This document shows, in pieces, positions 62,801 to 64,000 of a stretch of DNA of 64,000 nucleotides; the stretch's first letter is position 1; every line of letters starts with the position of its first letter. The notes under the pieces are model-generated. The model had not been told where the DNA came from and did not search any database. It saw nothing but the letters and a program-made list of their open reading frames with translations. The stretch is from Flectonema sp. DT1601 (taxonomy: Eukaryota): the NCBI GenBank assembly GCA_964019425.1, contig OZ025795.1, forward strand, positions 372,001-436,000, given 5' to 3'. The position numbers and the translations under genes are program-made.

Positions 62801-64000
62801 CATCGCAAGCAATGCTTCGGACCTCCGTCGACCTTCGTTCTTCCGGCGGCAAAGGGAAACAAGAAAGAACGGGCAATGAGACAAACCTGTTAGTTGGTGT
62901 TGTGTTGTTGTTAAAAACAAAAACATAAACGCCAGGAAGTTCGACAACGAAGACATCGACATCGATCGCTGCTCTGCAGATGTCCGGCGGGTGTTTGTCT
63001 ACACTGTGTTTATTGTTTGTTTTTTTCCCAAGGTTCAACCTTGGGAAGAGAAGTAAAAAATTCCGTCAATGTTGGCCTTCCTGTTCGAAGGTGCGCACCA
63101 ATGACGATAAATAGAGTGGGGGGAGAAAACCTTTGATCCAACTGGATCCCTTCACGAGCTGACATTGCCATGTGAAGTTAAATATTCTGGCGATGCCAGC
63201 TCAGGCGACTTAGCCTGCTTTTTTCTTTAAATAAAAAAAATAAAAAGATACCAACAGGTGGGGTGATGGGTTGCGCCACTGCAATCCAGTCACAAAAAGA
63301 AACAAAGGTAATCTCAAGGGTTCTCGACCCTTGGCTCTCCCTGCGCAAGCATCGCATGGAGGGTGACGCTAAGCACCCGGGGGGTACGAAACAAACTTTC
63401 CCCCTGCTGTCCTGTTTGAAATAAAAAAAAAAAACAAAGGGATAGAAGTAAACAGAATACGTTACACCTCAACAGGTGACGCTAAACACCCAGGGGATAC
63501 AAACCAAACTTTCCCCCTGTTGCCCTGTTTGAAATAAATTAAAAAAAGAACAAGAAAACAGAATACAATACTCAGCAATCAGACTCGTTCACTCGCTTCG
63601 CCAGAGCCGTTCGAGCCGATGCTCATGTAAAGTTACCTGTTTTCTTTTAACAAATTAAATAAAATAAGATAAATAAAAATAAAAATAAAGTAGCGCAACG
63701 GAGAGGAATACATAACACCTCGACTCTTGCGCTAGCATCGCAAGGGGGGTACCCGGGAGATACAAACCAAACTTTCTCTGGAATACAGTACCTAACAATC
63801 AGTGCGTTCACTGGCCTTAGGGCTGTTCGAACTTATGCTTTGGACTGTTCCCTTGCAGAAAAAAAAAGTAAAATAAACCAACTTTGGGACATTAGAAAAG
63901 CATAAAATAAAAGTTGCTACAACCAAAAGACAACTGCAAAAAAAAAGGTTTTTGTAGGGGAGCTACAATGTAGCAATAATGTCACACAGTCATGTGGCAA
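57927..64000. mobile_element. Family C tandem array continuing past the window end
   Basis: Unit starts at 57927 (interrupted by A copy 4), 61305 and 62655. Confidence 0.88.
58248..60278. mobile_element. Family A copy 4 (truncated in the satellite, intact terminus) inserted in a C unit
   Basis: C sequence CTGCTCT|GC|AGATGTCC is interrupted: CTGCTCT ends at 58247 and AGATGTCC resumes at 60279. Confidence 0.88.

Noticed and set aside
44680..63038. Recurring ORFs in B and C (MNLGKK.., MPQAGP.., MQVSTH..)
   Set aside because: Short, no recognisable domain, and ends change with homopolymer length or junctions; recurrence only reflects the repeats.

Overview
Eukaryotic, AT-rich (probably ciliated/flagellated protist) window with two zones. 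About 1-11.1 kb is a compact cluster of minus-strand genes, two of them spliced: CDC73/parafibromin, a FAM183/CFAP144-like protein, two tandem GAMT copies, an unknown ORF and V-ATPase subunit B. It is followed by a degenerate LSU rRNA fragment and a decayed protein-primed PolB (Polinton-like) relic. From 12.4 kb to the end it is all repeats: a 31-bp satellite with higher-order repeats, a defective piggyBac, a MITE, a 1712-bp TIR element in tandem, and three otherwise unrelated non-coding families. I call these A (AT-rich satellite body with a unique terminal region), B (1356-bp unit) and C (1350-bp unit). Main observation: A, B and C share a covarying stem-loop (GGRCWG-stem5-TTTTG-stem5-KGCCCT) 34-36 nt from one fixed terminus. 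They are nested inside each other as one-end-fixed, other-end-variable insertions with no target-site duplication, often longer than one unit. This suggests an uncharacterised non-autonomous mobile-element system whose enzyme is not in this window.
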